NCBI GenBank assembly: GCA_013115145.1
Contig: JAAPAO010000310.1
Location: 1-40,691 of the forward strand
From: Perkinsus chesapeaki ATCC PRA-425
Taxonomy: Eukaryota > Protista > Perkinsozoa
Length of the DNA stretch: 40,691 nt
Reading direction: 5' to 3'
A program made the translations under genes and the position numbers. The first letter of the stretch is position 1. Each line of letters begins with the position of its first letter. Under the pieces are notes generated by a model that was not told the origin of the DNA, did no database searches, and worked only from the letters and a program-made list of their open reading frames with translations. This document shows positions 34,331 through 40,691 of this stretch, one piece after another.

Positions 34331-36315
34331 GCGATGCCATTGTCCTATCGACCGACCGCGATGTTCTATACAATCATCATACTCTACTAGAGTAACTCTA
34401 GAATGAGATAATGGTATACTCTCGGTTATAGCTCCTCTTCTACATTCCTTAGATCTATTAATTCTGAAGAAGACTACGCGTTGCTGATATGCGCAGCACA
34501 CTCGCTGACAGTTCAACTTCTCTTCAGTTCAGCGTCCCGCGTATGATTCACACGGTGTCCATTACATGCTGTATTACATGATGTCTCTTAACGCTTGTTG
34601 TGGATCTTCTACGGGTTATTTCGAGCTGATGTTCTGCACTGTGCAGCCCGCACATCTGCCCGCCACTAATGTGAGAATGTCAGCACTATTGTCTTGCTGG
34701 TGTACTATGACCTCCATAAAGGAGATAAACTCCCTAGAGTGGTAGTGATGGCTTAGCCATCATGGCTAGAATGAGATGTTGTTCTAAACGTCGGCGTTTA
34801 CAACATTGATGGTCTGCCGGTTATGAAGTCACGATTAGTTAAAAATAGTCTTGCAGCAGGGTCCCTGCTGCAGGAGTCGGTGGGAGTAGCCGGGTTCGGA
34901 ATGTAAGCAGAGCATGTGCACCCGAGAAAGAGGGCTAAAGGCGGCATTGAGCGACTGTCCTTGACTCCAGGGCAATCAGTAGCAGTCCAAGTTGGACTGT
35001 TCAACCTATACAGTATAATCCCAGTCTGGAATTCCCAGAGCACTGGTGAGTAGCTGTCGCAGCTGGAAATGAGGTTCACTAGGAAGGTGCAGCTTCGTCA
35101 GCCGCTGTTGGCAACCAAGCAAGTCATAGCCGGCAGTAGTGCCCGATTGGTTGTAACTGAATGGAAGTGGAGGAATGCATGGCTGCTATACAACCTGCAT
35201 GATACCAGGCTACTGTCAGTAGCCTACAGATGCGCTGCGGCCCCGTGACTCCGCAGAGTATAAAACGAGATGGTGCTGCCGTCTCATTTTCGTACTACCT
35301 CCATGGTAGGCCAGTGGCTACACATCAGCGGATGCGCCTGTTTCGCCGAAATTAGGATTGGGAAGTCATGTAAACAACCGAATAGTCGCAACTTTGACTC
35401 TAATTCTACACACTTCACTACTGAGTCGGTAATAGCGACACTTGCATTGGGCATCTTGAGGAAAGGTCCTTTGCTTGTAGAGGAGGTAGAACAAACTTTT
35501 CCGATGTTCTACCTCCTTTACATCATAGATCATATACGTGAGAAGTTCTGAAAGGGATTTCAAGCTCGTTCATGGATCTCACGCTCGTAAGCTGTGTACT
35601 AGCCGTTAAGGTTTGCTGAGCGAATTTGAAAGTTCAGCTGGAACTTTTTAACAGCTTGGTAAATATTGTAGATCTAAGAATGAGCCAGACTCTGGCTGCC
35701 AGAGCAGGTAACGTCACAGGTCAACGACTTAATGATGTAAATTCCCTTCTCCTGTTGTTTCATGCACAACCTTCCACTTCAAGATGTCACTCCTGATGTC
35801 ACGGTGGGACAGCCTCCTCTTTTTTAGAGCATATTGCACTTCGCTTCACCCCAATATATGGATTTGGAGGGACGAGCTTTAGTTCTTCATCCTTCCCTGA
35901 TTTCTCTTCTGTCATTGCTGGTAATATGAACAATATAATATGGCATGTGTTTGATATAGTCTTCCAGGGCTCGTATCATTCCATCATGGCCCGTGACGGA
36001 CTCCACCGCCGTGACTCACGGCGGTTTCACTGTGCTCCAATCGGAGTCTCCGACTCCGAGCAAGTGACATCAAACCTTGTTGATCATGCACATTGAATTT
36101 CTCATGCCCAATGGAGCTTAGAATATAAGACCGAGTGAGCCGAGCGTCATCCACTTAAAATCTCCAAGTCAGAGGGACACCACAAATTGTGGTCTACAAT
36201 AAAACAATCGACAAGTATGTTGCTCCAGGAGCCTCTATTCCGCATAGGAATGCGATATTCATGCAAAACTACCCGCAAACTGAGATCAGTGGCAGTGGGT
36301 TACTCACTATAGTCA

Positions 36316-37044
36316 ATGGTATTGCTATCTATTTGGTTGGCAATAGTCGCCCAAGCAACGCTCACTGTTGTCGCCCAGCCCGCAGGCAGATACCTCTACC
36401 GTGATTCTCAGAGAGGCTTTGCTGTCACCTTCTATATCGACACCAATATGGTGAGCGAGTTCACCTTCTCTGCCTTTTCTCCTGGATCTCTCTTCATTGA
36501 TTTCAATTACCCACTTCGCCAGGAAACCGGCGACAGGTATGCAATAGATTTTACTAGTGAGGCAGTCAATAAGTGGTATGCGGCAATTAAGCCTTATGTC
36601 AATTTCAACGAGGGTGACCTGACGGCTATCACTTTCACGAGTGAGGACTCTTTCTATGTCATGTTGGATGGGCGAAGGTTGGACTTGCTAAGGCGAGCCT
36701 ATTCCCCTAGGGTTGGAACGTTCTCCTATTCACCGGCTGGCTTCCCTCTCGTTCGTATGAACTTTACCGTCCAACCCGAAGACCGTCTCACCATGCGACT
36801 CTCGTGTGGTAGTAGGCAAGTGAGCTCTGGACCGTTGAATCTCGTTGAAAACGATCAGTTGCTGAAGTTTAAGTCGTATGATTTGGTCCCTGTCGCCGAG
36901 GTCAGTGCCTTCAGAAGCCGCGTCAGTCGAGCCTGTCGGTTGTTTCAAATGCAACCAGGTGACCTCACTTATGTTGTTTTCTCATCTTGGACAAATGTTT
37001 TCACTCTCCTCGGAGGACAGCGATTCGTCTTGACGAAAAACTAG
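36316..37044 (+). CDS. Secreted-protein family B copy 1 (242 aa, intronless, two-domain internal repeat)
   Basis: Signal-like MVLLSIWLAIVAQATLTVVA|QPAGRY; two halves each end in a GDLT.(I/V).F motif (EGDLTAITFTS, PGDLTYVVFSS). Confidence 0.85.
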   Translation: MVLLSIWLAIVAQATLTVVAQPAGRYLYRDSQRGFAVTFYIDTNMVSEFTFSAFSPGSLFIDFNYPLRQETGDRYAIDFTSEAVNKWYAAIKPYVNFNEGDLTAITFTSEDSFYVMLDGRRLDLLRRAYSPRVGTFSYSPAGFPLVRMNFTVQPEDRLTMRLSCGSRQVSSGPLNLVENDQLLKFKSYDLVPVAEVSAFRSRVSRACRLFQMQPGDLTYVVFSSWTNVFTLLGGQRFVLTKN

Positions 37045-38901
37045 CTACTGTAGTCGATTCATAGGCTGCTCTGGGTCTTCTGTATAGCCCTACAAGCGGC
37101 TGTTCAAAGCAACCCGTCGTCTTCTGTAATGACACTTTTGTATGGCTGTGACAAGTGGTTAGCTTTTTTTTTCTGGTTTTGCTGCCAGTAGCGGACCATC
37201 CCAGTATTCGGACGAGCTGGCATATGACACTATACTTGGACGAGCGTTCAAGCTGATAAGCATACTTCTTTCAGCATCAAAATAGTGTTGTTTTCAGCTC
37301 GCCATACTGCGTGTGCTACTCAGTGAAGTTTACTAAGGAAGGGGCGGTATACCGTTCCTGTTGCACTTTAGGGAACCCAAGGCCTCACTCAACCAGATTC
37401 GTTCACTCTCTGTTATTTGACACTATTTGTTTTACGGAAACTGAGCTAAGTTTCCATCCGACACAACAACAACTTACCCGCCTAATGCAGGCAAAGGTAG
37501 CCTACGGCGTAGGCTAGGCCCTACGCCAGCGTACATGATGTACGCTCACCGATTCAAAAGTGCCACACGCATGGTCGCCTACCTTCTTACCTATGTCGAT
37601 GACAGAAACATGACCGACTACGAAGTTATTCTTCAGAATTTGCGAATTTGGCCCCTCGGCGAGGGGATCTCGCATCGATCGCCATAATTTTCCGAGAACA
37701 ATAATAGGCAAAATGCGCGTGGCTGCACATGAAATCATCGAGAAATGAAGCAGTATTATTACCCTATCATCCGACCACAGTGATTGAACCACTACATTTC
37801 TCACAATCCTCGTGCCCTAGCTTTGCCTAGTGGTATAATCTTTTCCATGATTCTTTCCCACGCTCCTAATTTCTCCTCTACCAATGTTTGGTAACCAAAC
37901 ATTTGTTAAACATATCAATCGGATTGATTCGATCTTGTCAGCATCTCGCTCAAAAGGCTGATCCCCGAGTAGGAGACCGATCGGACGTCGTGATCACAAA
38001 GAGATACATACAACGACCGTGGCTGATGGCTCAATCAGCGTCACAGACCATTTGACATTAATGAAAGGGTGTCATACCTCAAGCTTGATGCCTCCTTCAC
38101 ATCGTTGGAGTTTGAGAGAGTTCCTGGTAGCTCAAGCAGTAAATGTCAAGTTAGCAGTTCAAGCTCCTTTAATAAAGGACCTTTATGAGTCTAACTTCGG
38201 CGAGGGTAATTCGAGGCTCGACGGAGGCCGTCTACCGAGTTCTGAGAAACCGTGGAATTGTGACTGAGAAAATGCAGACAAGGTCTAGCCGTAGACCCAG
38301 TAATATATATTCTCCTTTTCTAGTCACTACAGTGGAAGCAGCTGGATTGTACAACAGTGCAGTCTCATCCACATCTCCCCGCTTCACCGTGTCACTCCTG
38401 TGGTCCTTAGTGGGACGGTCACGTGGTCCTTACAGCAGAGTACACTTTGCTGTACTTCAATATACGGGATTGAATGGACGAGCTCCATATCTCCGAGTCC
38501 CCACTCTCTCATTCATTATGGTCACACTCTGTTGCTGATGGCTATTATACGAACAATACGATATGCTTCGATCCGTGAAGCCCTCCATGGAGCGTGTGAT
38601 ACTATCACTGCCGTGTCCCGCTCTCTGATGGTGTCTGTCAGATAAGTCTAATGCTTGAGTCGGCCGATGTTTTTGAGTAGGTGCCATCACACCCCGCTTT
38701 TCATGCATATCAGCTTTGTGACGCACAGTTCTCACCTGGAACGCAAGACCGCAAGAACCGACCAATACATCCGAGATATGGATTATGTGAGCTTGGGGAG
38801 CCTCAGTTCCTTAAGGGAGTAGAGCATCTTTCATGCATATGACGGTAAACGAAAATTTCGTCACAAGAATCACTCAGACAGTGGCCATTCTATCCTAATC
38901 G

Positions 38902-39644
38902 ATGGTGTTCGCATATATTTGGCTCACAATATTTGCTCAAGTAGTTCGCACTGCTGTCGCTCAGCCAGCAGGCAAGTACGCCTACCGTGATGCTGACGGC
39001 CTTGATCTCTCCTACTATATCACCACCGTGGTGACACCACGGATGAGCTGGAGGTGTTCGTCTTTCTCTCCCGGCACACTATTCTCGTAGAGGAGGATTA
39101 CCCGCTCCGCCAGCTAGACGATGGTCGATATAGCATCGATTTTAACCGCTCTGCTGATGGAGTCAACAAGTGGTATACGGGAATACAGCCCGACGTCAAT
39201 AATATCACTATTAAACCTGGCGACCTAACGACTCTAGCTTTCACAAGTGACGATTCTTTCTATGTTATGTTGGGTGGGAGAAGATTCGACTTGCTCAGAA
39301 AAGCGTTCACCCCAATATGGGGAACGTTCTCGTACGCCTCCTCCTCTCTTCGTATGAATTTCACCGTCGATGATGAAGACAATCTCATTAATATGCAAAT
39401 CTCGTGTGACGGCATACAGGTGCCTCCAGCAACGTTTGAACTCGTTGTGAACATGGAGTCTCTACAGTTTAGGTCGTATGATTTAACTCCTGTCCCCGCG
39501 GTCAATGCGTTCAGAAGCCGCGTCAGTGCTGCTTGCCCGAGTCTTCGCATACAACCAGGTGATCTCACTTATGTTGTCTTCTCGTATTTTACAAGTGCCT
39601 TCGTTGTCCTCGGAGGGCAACGATTCACTTTGGTAAAAAACTAA
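38902..39644 (+). pseudogene. Secreted-protein family B copy 2, frameshifted
   Basis: MVFAYIWLTIFAQVVRTAVAQPAGKY...SFSPGTLF continues as VEEDYPLRQL...GQRFTLVKN* after removing an extra TC at 39085-39086; colinear with 36316-37044. Confidence 0.85.
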
Positions 39645-40691
39645 CTTCTGGGATCCATCTGTTGGCTCCCTCTGGCATCCTGTGAAGCTCTACTAGCGGC
39701 AACCCATCGTCTTCTCAGAGGACTCTTCTGAGGAGACTCTTCTGTATGGTTGTGGCTAATGGTGAGTCTTTCGCTGCCAGTGGCGGATCCATGCAGTATT
39801 CGGACAAGCTGGTATATGAGCCGTATAATATAACCCTATCTTTAACAGGCATTCAAGCTGATCGGAAAACCTTTTCTTGTATCAGAATAGAGTTGTTTTC
39901 AGTGCAATATGCGTGTTATTCATTGTGATTCTCTCTCCAACTTTCCGCTATCCGTGAGTCCAACTTGAAGAACATTTGACACCGCGTCTCATGTGCGCTC
40001 CCTGCCTTTCCCAAATGCCTTTTCGTCGTTTAACTCAATTTCCATGCTCGAGAATACGCAGCGGGATCCTTCAGACAAAGTCAACCACTGCAGCTAATCA
40101 AGACAAAATTCTTAACAGCGCCACTGCAGGGGAATGCTGCAGCGGTGCTCGCCCCTATGATACCACCCTGCTGGCAGGTACCGGGGTTGTGGGGGATGTG
40201 TTTCGCGGACTTTTCTGGGAAGTATGAGGTTGCCCTCGAGGTTGTGCGTCTCAAGACACATTTCCCTGTGAAGGCGAATCACCCATTTCACTCACTAAGT
40301 GAGTCTCACTTGTAATTTGCTAACTTTACACAATTCAATTGGGTAGAGGGCTTTCGAACGTCGCACGTGTCGTCGAAATATTCGCCCTCCTGAGAAAGTT
40401 ATTCAAACCATTTTTTGAGACACCCTGCAGTTAGTTGATACGGAACTAGAAGCTCAGGTGCGCTAACACAGCAGGACTTATGTTACAGGAGGAACCTTGA
40501 GAGATAGTTAGTTCACGTTAGAGATATTAGCGATTACCGAGAACATACCAAGGCCCTTGGTCCAAGGGCAGGCGAATACCCGCCGCGCCGGAGCGAGCGA
40601 CGGCGGACCTAGCTGAGTGCCCTTGGGCTCAAAACCCCCGGACCTAATGACGGTCTGGGAGGGAGAGGTGGGAAGAAAGGAGTCGGGACGT

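Noticed and set aside
38185-38538. STEAVYRVLRNRG as a Tc1/IS630 transposase helix-turn-helix
   Set aside because: Too short a resemblance, with no DDE domain or paired TIRs nearby.

Overview
Eukaryotic DNA with short GT-AG introns, most likely a Perkinsus-like alveolate (inference from intron style and the secreted-protein families); two N gaps at 19391-19485 and 19568-19664. The ORF track misses the main content because the two largest genes are split into many short exons. (1) The 3' part of a polypeptide GalNAc-transferase (+, <387-11101, 17 phase-consistent exons) has about nine ricin sub-repeats and a 5,972-nt intron holding three antisense paralogues of a secreted-protein family. (2) A DDB1 homologue (+, 12968-26200) has introns carrying a satellite, an antisense ORF and other inserts. 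A poorly resolved multi-exon gene lies between them. The right third holds intronless genes: a fourth secreted paralogue, two propeller-like ORFs and a second secreted-family pair, one frameshifted. It also holds a multi-exon gene ending in a Myb-like domain. The most interesting signals are intronic: a 20-bp palindrome (AATCGATCACGTGATCGATT) shared by tiny introns of unrelated genes, antisense tRNA 3' fragments that supply splice acceptors, a second recurrent motif (CCGTCACGCGCCACRAAATT), and ~10-bp periodic A/T tracts. All gene models were built by hand and all homology calls are from motif recall, not database searches.
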